This document shows, piece by piece, positions 12,801 to 26,903 of a stretch of DNA of 64,000 nucleotides. The position numbers and the translations under genes are program-made. Under the pieces are notes generated by a model. That model made no database searches, was not told where the DNA came from, and saw only the letters and a program-made list of their open reading frames with translations. The stretch's first letter is position 1. Each line of letters starts with the position of its first letter. This stretch comes from Octopus vulgaris (lineage: Eukaryota), in assembly GCA_951406725.2 (NCBI GenBank), contig OX597815.1, positions 187,364,001-187,428,000 of the forward strand. The letters are read 5' to 3'.

Positions 12801-13442
12801 GTGGTTTCCATTGTGTGTGACAATTTCTCTATTTCTCTCTCTCTCCTTTGTTTTTTTTATAGAAATAAACTTTTATTGGAATATAACTAGCATGTATATG
12901 ATATATAATACAAAACCACATAAAAATACAAATTCAAAACCAGGAGGAAAAAAAGGATAGGGGGCAAAGAAAGAAAAAGAAAGAAAACTGTCTTTCCTTC
13001 TTCCCTACCTCTTAATCATCTCTGCCCTTTTTTCTTTATTTCATATCTTTCTATTATCTTCTCTCCCTATCTGCCCTCTCTTTGTTCTTTTTGCTTATCT
13101 TTCTGTTTCTTACTTCATTTATCATGTCACTTAATAACTGTCTACCTTTCCTCTTTTTCTTTTCACACAACTTTCATCAGATCTGTTTATCTAGCTTTCT
13201 AACTACTCCCTTTTTGTTCTTTTGTCCATTCCCATTCTTTCTTCTCTCTGTATGGCCCATCCTTCTCTTTCACTCTTTGTCTTTGTCTATTAACCTTTCT
13301 CTTCCTACCCAAAAGGGTATCCTGTGATCATCCCGTTTCTTAAACTATCCATCATTTTAGGCTTGGTAATTTTTTTTTCTAGTTCATGTCTAAGACTTCA
13401 GTTTAGTTTTAGCTCATGGTTTTCTTGCAATTTATTGTTCTA

Positions 13443-13550
13443 TCAGTGGTTCTCAACCAGAGTTTAGTTAGTGGTCCATTTAAGATTTTGTGGTTAAAAT
13501 TTATGTACAATAAATAGGTTATCTTCAACATAAAATATTAAAATTTTTTT
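13443..13550. mobile_element. hAT-type MITE fragment (CAGTGGTTCTCAACC family)
   Basis: Same terminus and internal AGATTTTGTGGTTAAAATTTATG as 26686-26903 and 58149-58415. Confidence 0.6.
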
Positions 13551-13680
13551 GCAGGAGTGGCTGTGTGGTAAGTAGCTTGCTTACCAATCACATGGATCTG
13601 GGTTCAGTCCCACTGAGTGGCACCTTGGGCAAGTGTCTTCTACTTATTACCCATGCTAGCATGCAAGAACAGACATTGAA
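13551..13680 (+). mobile_element. SINE family B head joined to a short family C tail
   Basis: GCAGGAGTGGCTGTGTGGTAAG...CACCTTGGGCAAGTGTCTTCTAC followed by ACCCATGCTAGCATG. Confidence 0.7.
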
Positions 13681-13739
13681 TAAATGAACAACTTTTGTTA
13701 ACTTGCAAACTAAAAAATAAATTGACTTGAAATAGCTAG

Positions 13740-14110
13740 TAGGGTGCCAAGAGCACTATCCAAGTGTGATCGTTGCCAGAGCGGCTAACTGGCTTCTGTG
13801 CCGGTGGCACATAAAAGTCACCATTCGAGCGTGATCATTACCAGCATCGCCTTACTGGCACCTGTGCTGGTGGCATGTGTTAAAAAGATTCGAGTGAGGT
13901 TGTTGCCAGTACCGCCTGACTGGCCCCCGTGCCAGTGGCATGTAAAAGCACCCACTATACTCTCGGAGTGGTTGGCATTAGGAAGTGCATCCAGCTGTAG
14001 AAACTCTGCCAGATCAAGATTGGAGCCTGGTGCAGCCATCTGGTTTGCCAGCCCTCAGTCAAAATCGTCCAACCCATGCTAGCATGGAAAGCGGACGTTA
14101 AACGATGATG
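13740..14110 (+). mobile_element. SINE family C, young copy
   Basis: CpG-rich; ends CCAACCCATGCTAGCATGGAAAGCGGACGTTAAACGATGATG. Confidence 0.85.
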
Positions 14111-14709
14111 ATCATCATCATCATTTGTTTTATAAATCGTTTTTATACCTGTTTTTTTTTTCCATTCAAGCATAGAGGGATGTATCATTGAAGCATTATT
14201 TAACAACCTGATCCCCTTCTTGTTGCTAACTCTTACTTGTTTTTCAAGTAAAAGATCTCAGAGGCACAAAGCCAGAAGACAATATGTTGATAGGAAAAAA
14301 TGACAACAGCATCATTGCTTGTAGCTCAGAATATCCAGAAGATATGTAAACATGCATGCACATGACAGGCTTTTTTCAGATTCTATGTACCAAGTCCACT
14401 CACAAGGCTTTGGTTAGCCTGGGATTATATAGTTTAATACTCTTGCTTAGGGTACCATGCTTGCACCTAGTATATTTTTAATATTTTTTGATTGACTTGA
14501 CTCATTTTAAAATTATTTCTTTACCTTTTTTTATACCTTCCATAAGATAAACAAGGTGGGTTGAAGTTCCGTTTCATTTACTTCCAGTAATTGTATGTTC
14601 TAGGGATACTTTACTCAACAAAATCCTTAAAACATTTAGAGGTAATGTTTTTTTTATAGTTACTGAATGCTTTTCTTTTAATAATATTAAAAAAACTAAA
14701 CAATGCTAA

Positions 14710-15283
14710 CACTCCATCTGTTACAATGAAGAGGGTTCCAGTAGATCCAATTAATGGAACAGCCTGCTCATGAAACTAACATGCAAGTGGCTGAGTACTC
14801 CACAGACATGCATACCTATTTCTTTATTGCCCACAAGGGGCTAAACACAGAGAGGACAAACAAGGACAGACAAATGGATTAAGTTGATTACATAGACCCC
14901 AGTGCGTAACTGGTACTTATTTAATCAACCCTGAAAGGATGAAAGGCTAAATTGACCTCAGCAGAATTTGAACTCAGAATGTAACGGCAGACGAAATTCT
15001 GCTAAGCGTTTTGCCCAGCGTGCTAACGTTTCTGCCAGCTCGCTGCCTTAACAGACATGCATACCCTTAACAAAGTTCTCAAGGAGGTTCTGTGTGACAT
15101 AGAATGTGACAAGGCCGGGTCCCTCTGAAACATAGGAGCAACTCATTTTTACCAGCTGAGTGAACTAGAACAATATGAAATGAAGAGTCTTGCTCAAGGA
15201 CACAATGCATTACCAGGAATTGAACTCAAGACCTTACAATCTTGAGCTGAATACCCTCACCACTAAGCCATACACCCTCACTG
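14710..15283 (-). mobile_element. SINE family D (tRNA head + CORE-like) interrupted by a family A copy
   Basis: Minus strand TGGCTTAGTGG...GAGTTCAATTCC...TGTGTCCTTGAGCAAGAC; tail shared with 605-955. Confidence 0.75.
14817..15050 (-). mobile_element. SINE family A long-tail, nested, 15-bp TSD
   Basis: ACAGACATGCATACC at 14802-14816 and 15051-15065. Confidence 0.9.
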
Positions 15284-15489
15284 AATATTAGACATATTAG
15301 AGCAGTAGATCGGTGGAGTCACTGGTAAATATGCCCTGTGGTATTTGATTTGGTTCTATAGATTCAGTGTTCAAATCTCACCAAGGTTTAACTTTTTATC
15401 AGTAAAATGTCAAAAGCCAAGGTTGATGCGGTTGAGTGTTACCTTCACTCAATTTTGAGACCTTCATATCTGTTAGATATTTTTTGTCT

Positions 15490-15830
15490 TGTATTCATTT
15501 CAGTCATTAGAATGTGGCCATGCTGGGGCACCTCCTTCAATTTTTAATTGGATGAATCGACTGCAGTATTTTTATTTTTAGTTTTTAGACCTGGTACTTA
15601 TTCTATTGGTCACTTTTGCCGAGCTGCTAAGTTACTAGGACGTAAACAAACCAACACTGGTTGTCAGTTGGTGATGTGAAATAAACGCAGACACAAAGAG
15701 AGAGAGAGAGAGACATGCACACACATACACACACACATACATACATTCTTATATTCTTTTACTTCTTTTAGTCATTTTACTGTGACCATGCTGGAGCACT
15801 GCCTTGAAGGGTTATAATTGAACAAATCAA
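15490..15830 (-). mobile_element. SINE family B 3' fragments (two tails)
   Basis: TTTCAGTCATT...GTGGCCATGCTGGGGCAC and GTGACCATGCTGGAGCACTGCC. Confidence 0.7.
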
Positions 15831-15882
15831 CAGGAGTCCCAGGGAGGCAGACAGAATTTTGCTTTTATTAATATAGATGAAC

Positions 15883-16285
15883 AGGCAAGCTGGCAGAATC
15901 ATTAGAATGTTGAGTAAAATACTTAGTAGAATTTCTTGTCTTTACATTCTCAGTTCAAATAAATACCTGTTTCTTTACTACCCACAAGGGGCTTGAACAC
16001 AGAGAGGACAGACAAGGACAGACAAACGGATTAAGTTGATTATATCGACCCCAGTGCGTAACTGGTACTTGTTTAATCGACCCCGAAAGGATGAAAGGCA
16101 AAGTCGACCTCGGCAGAATTTGAACTCAGAACGTAGCTGCAGACGAAATACCGTTCAGCATTTCGCCCGGCGTGCTAACATTTCTGCCAGCTCGCCACCT
16201 CGTTCAAATAAGTACCATTAGAGTACTGGGGTCGATGTAATCACCCCCCCCACTCCAAAATTACTGGCCTTGTCCAAATTTCGAT
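15883..16285. mobile_element. Old family A copy (+) with a young long-tail family A copy (-, ~15961-16200) nested inside
   Basis: GTTCAAATAA repeated on both sides of the inner copy. Confidence 0.85.
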
Positions 16286-16752
16286 TCAGTTTTATTTGTG
16301 TTGGAAAGACAAAGGCTGAGTAGTTTATATCCAAACATGAAGCTGTACCTGAAAATGATAGATGTCTTTAACACCTTGCTCGTTTCATAGCTGAAGAACT
16401 GTAGACAACAGTTGCAAGCAATGAAGGTACTAGTTAAAGAATGTTTTGCCACCTCGTACTACTGAACTGAAATACTCTTATTATTTATTGTCTTGGAGGA
16501 AGCAATAATAAACCATTCCAGTGTAAGCTTATTTGAATCATAGTAAGATGATGTCTTCTGTGGTGTTCCAATGTTCTAAGACATTATTCTTTTGCAAAAC
16601 TATCACTTGCACACATATCCATCATTAATTTAATCTGCTTCTAAAGTTTTCCTTTTCTATTTGCTGTTCTGCATTTTATTTTTAAAATGTTATTTGAAAT
16701 AAAATTATATATATATATATTTTATTTAAAAAATGTTATTTGTAATAAAATT

Positions 16753-16786
<34 letters not shown>

Positions 16787-18139
16787 AGATTTTTTGTTGC
16801 CAGTTGAAATTTCAGTCAAGAATTTTCGATCATATGTGTTACATGTTACATGCTTGCAACATGAAATGAAGGCAATTAATTTAACATTAAATATCTATTG
16901 TCTAAAATGCAAAACATTTGATATCCCTTTAAGCGCATCCAATATTGTTAATGTGAATTTCTTTTCTTTTTGATAAAAATCCTAAATAGCATGAATGATT
17001 GATTTGTAAAAGAATTCTCTTTTTACTTCACAGTTAGTTTTTCCTGAAAAATATTAAATACTGAACAATTTATTTTTAAAATGAAATTCTTCAAAAGTAA
17101 TTATAAATGTACCTCTTTAACATATATCTTAAGTGAATATTTAAATCTAAATCTTCAATATGTGTGGCTAACTTGAGTAGTTAATCTTTCATTTGAATTA
17201 TTGCAAATTAGTAATTAGAACATCTACACAAAGGAGAAATTTCAAAAGAATCAAGTTCTAGAAGAAAAATTACAAAAAGTGCATAATGCTTTGTGTTACA
17301 CATAGAACAGCAGGAAAATGGGTGAGTGCACTGAAAACGGATAGTTAAGAATTTCAGAGATGCCAAAAAATGATTACTGTAGCAAGAGAAAAAAATGAAG
17401 AAAATACAGCACAATGTGAAGATTATAGCAAGGGGTTGAAAATATAAGCTTATTTATCAAGCAGGCAAATTTTCCTTGGACAGTGTTTGGAGCATTATTT
17501 CCCTATAAGTTTTCTGTGAAAAACAGTGATAAATAGGCTAATTACATGTAAATGCATCTTTTTAGGGCATTTTTGTGTTTAATTTTGCATTCATAATTAT
17601 ATTATACATGCTCAAGATACTCAAAACTCAGGTATTTTTAGGTAGCAAGGAGCCCCCATATAGGCAAAATGGCATCAGTAGAGAGTTGTGAGGGAATATG
17701 GTCTAAACAAAGTCTTTAAGATATTTTTTTCTAGCTGCTAAGGGATTGAGGACTGTCAAAACTTTCAAAAACGGTTTTTGTTTCTGTTAATTTAACCTTT
17801 TATGTAATTGAGCATCATGAAAGAGAAAGAAAAGGACTCATAAAAGACTCCTAACAATTCTTATGTTGGTCATTCCTGCAACTTGGACTGTATTTCAAGA
17901 AGACTGCAAGTGTACAAAGGTTGAGAAATATTGGTCTAGAACATGGATATGATAATGGTTGCACTCTCTCAGTTGATTACACAAAGATTATTATAAAAGT
18001 GAACCTATTGCAAATTACAGCTGAGAGAGGGAGAGAGAGAAAAGCAGTGTCAGAAAAATAAGATTGATTGAGAGTTGACCAACAAGTAAGTCACAAGAGT
18101 AACATTACTTTTCTTCTTCCATAGATAATTTCTATCACA

Positions 18140-18457
18140 TATTGTGCTGGTGGCACGTGAAAAACATTCGAGCGAGGTCGTTGCCAGTGCCGCTGGACTG
18201 GCTCCTGTGCAGGTGGCACGTAAAAAACACCACTTGAGCATGGCTGTTGCCAGTACCGCCTGACTGGCCCTCATGCCGGTGGCACGTAAAAGCACCCACT
18301 ACACTCTCGGAGTGGTTGACGTTAGGAAGGGCATCCAGCTGTAGAAACTCTACCAGATCAGATTGGAGCCTGGTGCAGCCATCTGGTTTGCCAGTCCTCA
18401 GTCAAATCGTCCACCCCATGCTATCATGGTAAGCGGACGTTAAACGATGATGATGAT
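18140..18457 (+). mobile_element. SINE family C, young copy
   Basis: GGCAC-type repeats, GTTAGGAAGGGCATCCAGCTG, AGCGGACGTTAAACGATGATG. Confidence 0.85.
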
Positions 18458-20899
18458 ACTGACACCATAGAAACTGTCCAGTATCTTAGCTTATGATATA
18501 ATACCATTATTTAAATCCAGAAAAGGAGTAGCTTTCTTGCTACTTTCCTATTATTCACAGACATACTAATGATCCTTTTCATACTTATTTTATGAGGAAG
18601 CCCATCCTGTACTTTAATCAAGTAGTATTCTTCTAGTTAGTACTTCACTTTCTGCTAAAATTCAACCCCATACATACTACTTCTTGTTTTGTCATTTAGA
18701 TCTAAAGGCTTGTATATTTTTCTTGATTGTATGCACTTCAAATCTCATCCATATTTATCCATAATTTCTCCTACCATTCCATACTGTGTCAAACATATCC
18801 ACTTAAAGAAAATATGATCTAATCATGAAACATCATATCAGAAGTGCTGACAAATTTTGATGGTGGGTTCTCACTTGATCTCTGATACCATTTATCTCTT
18901 CATAATTAATCTTGTGTACCAAATAGACTAAACAAATGTCTATCTTGCTCCTATCATACATTCCATTTTACTTTGTGTTTACTTTGTGATTTTTTTTTTA
19001 ATGTCAAAACTGAAACAGATTTTCTTCTTTACTTATTCAAGTGCTCAACTTGGGAAGTAGGACAGTGTGATCTGATGCTATCCAATTTAACATGACTTAT
19101 GGATTAAGAACTTGTTTCTGCATTGGAAGGCTAATTGGTTTCCAATTAGGGCATTGCTTTTTCATCTAATAATTTTAGATATCCTTAATACTCAGCACAG
19201 ATCATTTTATGGGTTTTTTTTTTAAGTCTCTTAAATACTTTTCTCACTAATTATAAAGTTATTCTTCTTTCCCCTCTGTTTTCCCCCTGGCAAATCTAGT
19301 GTTATGTGTTCCTTTCTTCCATAAATAAGGTGCAAATACGATGTATGATCTCTCTCTCTCTCTCTCTCTCTCATACACCATACATTCACCCCTGCATACA
19401 CAAATGTGTGACACTTCATTTTCTATCATTATATCTTCAGCAGCTTTAACTCTTAATAGATCCACTTTAGTTAGAATGTTGGATTTCTCAAACAAGTCAT
19501 TTGCTATGCCTGTCCTATTTCAAAATTATCTTGAATGCTCAAAGAATTATCTTGAATACTCATGGAATTATTTCACACCAGTAAAATGCAACCGGAATGT
19601 AAGAGACCTGCACCTGAGTATGAAACCTCAGGATACTTCTTCAGAATTTGGCATTTCATTTTGTGCACCACCCCACCCCATCACCATCTCTCTCTAAGTT
19701 TGTGCATGGCTTTTATTTAAACAATCACACATTTTTGAGACAAACACTTGAGGCTAGTGGTACTTCAAATATTTTGAGTCCTAGTTTTTTTTTCTCACCA
19801 GCTAAAATTTCAACAATGAAAATAACAAAGAAATGAAAAATAAAACTATTTATATTCTTTACAAACAAATGTGATATCAACAGTAACCTACATTATGCAC
19901 TTCTGGCAAGAATCTTTTGTTGAAGGACATTATTAGATAAGTTAAACCTATAATATATTATTTCCCCTCAAAAAAACTTTTTAGGTAATAAAGTTACATC
20001 TGAGGTAATATATCGGCAAAATATTAGAGCATTGGATAGGATGTTTTGCAGTATTATTACTCTGTACTTTGATTTCAAATCACACTGAGTTCAGTGTTGA
20101 TAAAGTACCTGTGCAGGGCAATAGATTTGTGGGGCTGTTAGCATACTGTTTCAGATGTTTTGTGATATTTGGTCTGGCTTTGTTTTTTCGCATTTTTTTG
20201 GTTTCAAATCATGTCTTCTGTCACCAGAAAAAAAAAAAAAAGACTCGTCTATCAGGAGTTGTGACTGATAGTAAAAGTAATGAAAAAAATCTATGGAAGC
20301 ATTCTTTGGTTAGTTGGGAAGATTGGATACCACCACACATCTGAGGAATAGCTTTTGATTTCCTCATTGTTCTCTAATAGCAGTTTGGGATGATGTTTTC
20401 AAAATCTTCTCCATTTTGAAGGATTTATGCTCATGTTTGTGGTGATCATTTGCTAGGAAATACGAAGTTGGTGATAATATAGAATTCAGAATATTGATAG
20501 TGAAGCAGATATGAAACTTTCCAGAATTTTTTTTTACCTGAGAATTAGCTGCCAAAAAATTAGAAAAATTGGTTTAAATATGATAGCGGAAAAACAAAAT
20601 ATTAGAATGAGTTGTAAGAATTTTCAAAGTAAGCTATTACTTTCTACCTTCTTGAAATAAATAAAATTCATGGTTATAGGCAGTGGCATGTGATTAAGAA
20701 GTTTACTTCACAACTATATGTTCTGGATTTGATTCCATTGCATGGCACTATAAATTTGGGTTGATTTATGCTTTGTGTGGGAAATTTGGTAGACAGTTAT
20801 GTATGTTTATGTATATCAGAATTGTCTAAAAAAATATCCTGTATCTATATAAAAGGAACATCCCTAAAAATATAGGGGGCTATTTCTTTATTTCATTTA

Positions 20900-21563
20900 T
20901 TTCTTTTACTTGTTTCAGTCATTTGATTGTGGCCATGTTGAAGCACTCCCTTGAAGGGTTTTAGTTAAAGAAATTGACCCCAGGGCTTTTTTTTTAAAAG
21001 CCTGGCACTTATTCTATTGGTCATTTTTGCTGAACTGCTAAGTTACAAGGATGTAAGCACACCAACACTGGTTGTCAAGCGGTGGTGGGAGACAAATGCA
21101 GACATAGACGCATACACACACACACACCTGTATATACGACAGGCTTCTTTTAGTTTCTGTCTATCAAATCCACTCAAAAGACTTTGGTCAGCTTTGGGCT
21201 ATAGTAGAAGACACTTGCCCAAGGTGCCACAAAGTGGGACTGAACCTGGAACCATGTGGTTGGGAGTTAGACTTCTTATTTCTTTATTGCCCACAAGGGG
21301 CTAAACATAGAGGGGACAAACAAGGACAGACAAAGGGATTAAGTCGATTACATTGACCCCAGTGTGTAACTGGTACTTAATTTATCAACCATGAAAGGAT
21401 GAAAGGCATAGTTGACCTCGGCAGAATTTGAACTCAGAACACAGTGGCAGACGAAATATGGCAGACGAAATACTGCTAAGCATTTCACCTGGTGTGCTAA
21501 TGTTTCTGCCAGCTCACCACCGCCTTTCGTAGACTTCTTACCACACAGCCATGCCTGCACCTG
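20900..21563 (-). mobile_element. Full-length SINE family B with a nested family A copy (~21277-21527)
   Basis: TSD TAGACTTCTTA flanks the inner copy; family B head resumes at CCACACAGCCATGCCTGCACC. Confidence 0.9.
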
Positions 21564-22333
21564 TAGACATTCAATAAACAGAGATCAATAAAATGAACAT
21601 TACAGTAAATACTGGGGTTGACAGAATTGGACTAAACCCCTTGAAGGTAGTATCCAAGTATTACACCACAGCCCTTCCCCAAGACAAAAATTGAAGCTAG
21701 AAAAAGAACATAAAAATACATTAAAATAATGAAATGAAATTCAGTTGAATTCTCATTTTAATCGTACACAAAGTAAATTGAAAAAACAGATAAACAAAAA
21801 ATCCTATAAGCACGTTCAATAAATAAATATTGTCCTACCAATATTATTATTAATCCAAATACAATACTTGCTTTATTTAGCTGAACTGTGTTAATCTTAT
21901 TCAGTCAAGCTTTAAAATAACAATCAATATCAATCAAATTACGATTGCATGTTGTTAATATTTCATGTATTTTAGCTCACACTTTCTTAATCCCCATTAC
22001 TTAACCTGTAAAAATTGATACTTATCATTCACCCGCAGCATATTAATCCTATGTAGTTCAGAAAACTATGAATATCTCTGATTTAGTATTTAATTTTTAG
22101 ATTATCTTTCAGTCGTTGTTTTATTAAAGAAGCATTTGCATCAAACCATTCTTGATTTCAACATTTCAGATGCTTTCCTTATTAATATGTAAGATGTGGC
22201 AATTTGCAAAATTATTTTATATGAAATATTGGGGTAAACCCCAAAGTAAGAGAAAGGTTACAAAACTGCTTTTAATTTAATTTTTGCAGCTTTTAAAGAA
22301 AGTTACCTGAAAGTACAACCTCTTGAGTCTTGA

Positions 22334-22566
22334 GGCGGCGAGCTGGCAGAAATGTTGGCACGCCGGGCGAAATGTGTAGCTGTATTTCGTCTGCCGTTAC
22401 GTTCTGAGTTCAAATTCCGCCGAGGTTGACTTTTCCTTTCATCCTTTTGGGGGTCGATAAATTAAGTACCAGTTACGCACTGGGGTCGATGTAATCGATT
22501 TAATCCGTTCATCTGTCCTTATTTGTCCCCTCTGTGTGTAGCCCCTTGTGGGTAGTAAAGAAATAA
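22334..22566 (+). mobile_element. SINE family A long-tail, young full-length copy
   Basis: CpG-intact, close to the apparent family consensus. Confidence 0.9.
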
Positions 22567-24147
22567 AATGTATCAATTATGAGTAAATATATCATTTTCA
22601 ATAAGTTACATATGATCATTAACTAGTGTTCTGTGATTTTCTTGATTTAATTTTGAATTATATCAGTCTGAGAAACAAAAAAAAAAGAAAAAAAACCAAT
22701 TTGAGCTATGTATATTGTACACTCCCTCCTGTTCTTTTATATAATAGAAAGAAGTATTTGACCTAATAATAAAGAAATTTTCCTCAACATATGCAGTCAG
22801 CATTTCAATGTATTTTACACTGTTATTATACCTACTAATATCTGAACAAAATGGAGCTGCTATGTACTTACATGTCTCAACACATTTCTATTGTATTGAA
22901 GTTGTTTTTTATATTGAACTGAAAACTTATAAGCTCTGCCAATGTGTATTCAAATGAATTTGATAAAAAGGAAAAACATAACAAAAAAAAAAAAAAGACT
23001 AAAAGTTATTTTACTTCTGTAATCATTGATAAAACATTTTGACTTGCTAAGCTTCAGTGATTTCTGACATGCTGTTCATGTGGGCAATAAATCAATTAAT
23101 TCATGAATACAAACTGGATAAAAACAGGAGATATTCAATGTTTTGGGAGTTGCATACATCCAGTTAGAAATTATGATGACAGTATAGTATACAATTAAAT
23201 ATATTTACAGCACCTAAATTTATACTAAAAATATGTGAAGACAATTATGAATAAACGCTTCCTTATAAACAACTGATCTGCAAAAATTGAGATGAAAATT
23301 CTTTGCAGTATTTAGTTAGGTTCTTTTATATTTGAGTTAAAATCCTGTCAGGATCAACTTCAATTTTTATCCTTCCAATGATACTATAAGAAATACCTTT
23401 CAAGTGCTGGGATTAATTTCATTAATAATATTTATTTTTTTTGTGTGACCTTGTTTCTATGACATAAATCATTGCCACTAGGTAATGATATGGCAGAAAT
23501 GGTAGCATATCAGACAGAAGGTCTAGCAATATTTAGCTTTGCCACTCTGTGTAAGATAATTATCATTCATGTCCTGGAGCTTGGTGCTAATATAGCTAAT
23601 GATTATGGTTGTGTGTGTCTGTGTTGTATGCTGCCAAAATAGAAATGTCAAGATATTTATGATTAAAAGAAAGCATTATTACTGATTCATGTGTGTGAAT
23701 CAGTATTAATGCTTATTATACATAGAAAATATTTATATCTCTATTTTAAAAAACAAAATAATGTAAATAACAACAAAAAAAATTATAATTTTACAAGCAA
23801 GATAAAGTATCATAGTAAAACAGTAGGGTTTTGAATGTAGTGTATATATATGAAAAGTAAGCTGCATTACTATTTTGATTATTGCAAGTGTAGAGTTGTG
23901 TGTATTTGAAAATTGCCTAAAATGGTTATGTTGACTGAATGAGACAATTATTCAACACTAATGATTAGTAGGAAATATTACGTTTATGGAAGTTGTTATG
24001 CTGTTTCTAACAGATTCAGAATGAGTTAATGAATTTAATAATGCTGTGACATAAGCAATGTACTTAATTATTTCATGGGAAGTACATGGACTACAATAAT
24101 AAAAAAAAGAAAAGTAACTCAAGACTGGATTTTAAATAATTGATTAA

Positions 24148-24419
24148 CCTTTATGCAACCATTTTCCAAGTGAAATAGATTACTTTGATATTTCAATTAA
24201 TTTTGAAAATAATCAAGAATTTGGAGGAATTTAGTAACTTAGCTAATATTTGCATTATGAAGATGATTTTTGGAACATGATTTTACAAAAGGTTCTTAAT
24301 CAAAATTAAAATAATTATCAAAATTATTATGGTAGGTTATAAATTCAAACTTTTATAAAACTGGGAGTTTTGTATCATAAAACCAGAGGCAGAAACCAAG
24401 CAAGTTAGTATCAAATGGG
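24148..24419. mobile_element. piggyBac-like MITE, degraded
   Basis: TTAA at both ends (24144-24147, 24420-24423); CCTTT... / ...ATCAAATGGG termini. Confidence 0.45.
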
Positions 24420-26104
24420 TTAATGTTATCAGGTGTTTTCTTTATATTAATGAGTTTCTTTCTTACTTTGCCAAAGACTAATGTTATGACGCTTGTAGAA
24501 CTGTATTACAATGAAATACAAATTAAATTAAGAAGTAGTTTGTTAATGCAATTCAAATTTGAAGTATTAAGTTAAACTAAAAAAAAAATGTAAATGTCAG
24601 CAGTTCTTATTTACAAAAAATTATAATATTTGTTTTAGGGACAAATGTTAAAAGCTGTATGAATCATTGTTCTGAGTGGTTAAAAGAAAACAAAGACAAA
24701 TTCAAAATAATGAGGAAATTGGTGTTGAGACATGAGGTGAAGAGAGATTAATTTTGTAAATAAAATTCGAAAAAATGTATCGGAAATATAGCTGAATGGA
24801 AAAAATATCAAATATTCTGAATGAAAGTCTGAATTCCTGATAATTATATTAACCTATTTCTTCAATAGTTTTATGTATTGGTTCAGTTGAAAGACTCAGG
24901 TAGTGTAGAAATTTAAAATTCCTGAATTAAGTTATGTCACATAGTGTAAAATAGGCAAAGTATTAAATATTTTGGATTATATAAATTATAAGAGATGGAT
25001 AGAATAAAAAAAATTATTTACTGATTTGAAAAAAATCTAAGGAGTTAGAAAGGATGTCTTTTTTGATTGCTTGTAATTAAGTAAATACGTGATTTAATGA
25101 ATGTTTTCCACATTAAATGACATATGCTTAGATTTCTTTCCTACATCTATCTGATGTTGCAACATTTATGGTATTAGTTAGTTAGAACAGATGCAATTTA
25201 GGAAAAAAAATTTTTTTCTGAAATCAGATGTGGAAGGAAAGATGTTGATGATTTCAGAACTTACTTTGACTGTTTTATGAAGAATTTTGTTCTTTGTCTT
25301 TTATTTGAAAAACTGTTTTATGTTGATGTGATATGTTGTTAATGGAAATATAATCAGAGACATGAGTAGAGAACAAAAGAAAAATTAATATTCTAAAGTA
25401 ATTTTTTTCAAAATGTTCATTTTTCTCTCATAAAGATTGGTTCTTCATAAAAAATATGGATTAAATTGTTATTCTGAAGCTGTTCTTTTATTGAAGATAA
25501 TTTAACTTAAACAGAATCTATTTTAATTTCCTCAGGTTTATAATTGGTAATTATCAAAAAATTCTGCTTGGCTTCATTCAAACAGAATAATCAGCAATGT
25601 TCTTATGTTTTTTGTAGAATGAATAAATTGCCATAAAACATTTAGTTTTAAAGATTTAATACAAAAAATGATTGCAATTATGATTCCAAAGTATGCATTT
25701 TCATTGGTATTTAAAACTTATAATTTGTTTTTTGAAGATAGAAGCATAATATTTGAAGAAGATTTGGTTGCAATTTTTTTACTGGCACTGTTACATTTTG
25801 CAGCATTTCCTACTCTTCCTTTTTATTTTTGGCAATCCTTAAATTACATGTCATACCTTAGGCAGCTCCTATATAGAATGACTACTATATATCCTTATCA
25901 ATACTATTCTTTCTCTTTTGTATAGTTAAATTTCATAAGAGATAAAGAAAAATCATAAACTTGTCTATGAAATGTTTGGTAATGAAATTTGTGATACTGA
26001 ATTGATTTATCATTACCAAACCTTTCATAGACAATTTTATGATGGGGGTTTGATTTGAGGGAAAATTGACTGTTATTTCTAGTAAATTGAGTGACCATAT
26101 AGAG

Positions 26105-26440
26105 CAGAGGTTCTCAAACTTTTTGAGCCACCGCCCCACTCATGGCCACATAATACCCTCAGTGCTCCACCCCTATATTTATGTATAAATAAATATTTTA
26201 GATTTTACTAATTTATATATACCAGGAATCATTTGATATTTAATATATAATAAATAATTTGTATACAATGCTATAATAATATTATAATAAATTCATATCG
26301 TTTCCCAATTCACTGTATTCTTCCCAACACCTCCTTTTTCTGTAACACCCCACTCCTACCACCCCTTTAGGCACCAGTGCCCACCTAAACCGTCTCAACA
26401 CCCACCAGTGAGGTGGTAGCGTCCACTTTGAGAACCTCTG
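26105..26440. mobile_element. hAT MITE with perfect 8-bp TSD
   Basis: TIRs CAGAGGTTCTCAAA / TTTGAGAACCTCTG; TSD ATATAGAG at 26097-26104 and 26441-26448. Confidence 0.92.
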
Positions 26441-26453
26441 ATATAGAGCAATG

Positions 26454-26676
26454 CAGCGAGCTGGCAGAAACATTAGCACGCCGGGCGAAATGCGTAGCCC
26501 TATTTCGTCTGTCGTTATGTTCTGGGTTCAAATTCCACCGAGGTCGACTTTGCCTTTCTCCTTTCGGGGTTGATAAATTAAGTACCAGTTACGCACTGGG
26601 ATCGATGTAATCGACTTAATCCGTTTGTTTGTCCCCTTGTGTTTAGCCCCTTGTGGGTAATAAAGAAAGGGAAACA
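26454..26676 (+). mobile_element. SINE family A long-tail with 13-14 bp TSD
   Basis: (G)ATATAGAGCAATG at 26440-26453 and 26677-26690. Confidence 0.9.
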
Positions 26677-26685
26677 GATATAGAG

Positions 26686-26903
26686 CAATGGTTCCCAAAA
26701 AAGGGTCCATATGACCCTTCGGGGTCCATATTAGATTTTGTTAAAATTTATGGAAATAAACTGCTTGTACTTTTACAATACACAAAATACTTAAAATTTT
26801 TTTATGTAATTCCTAATAATATTTAATTATAAAAACCTAATGTTTTATGTAAACATCAAGTGGTTATGAGGGTCCATAGGTAAAAACGGTTGAGAAACCC
26901 TGG
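26686..26903. mobile_element. hAT-type MITE (CAGTGGTTCTCAACC family)
   Basis: CAATGGTTCCCAA...GGGTCCATATGACCC...GGTTGAGAAACCCTG. Confidence 0.8.

Noticed and set aside
2524-18432. Recurring ORFs containing FLQLDALPNANH, KDERQSRPRQNLNS or EAIVEDT
   Set aside because: Read-throughs of SINE families C, A and B; not a protein family.
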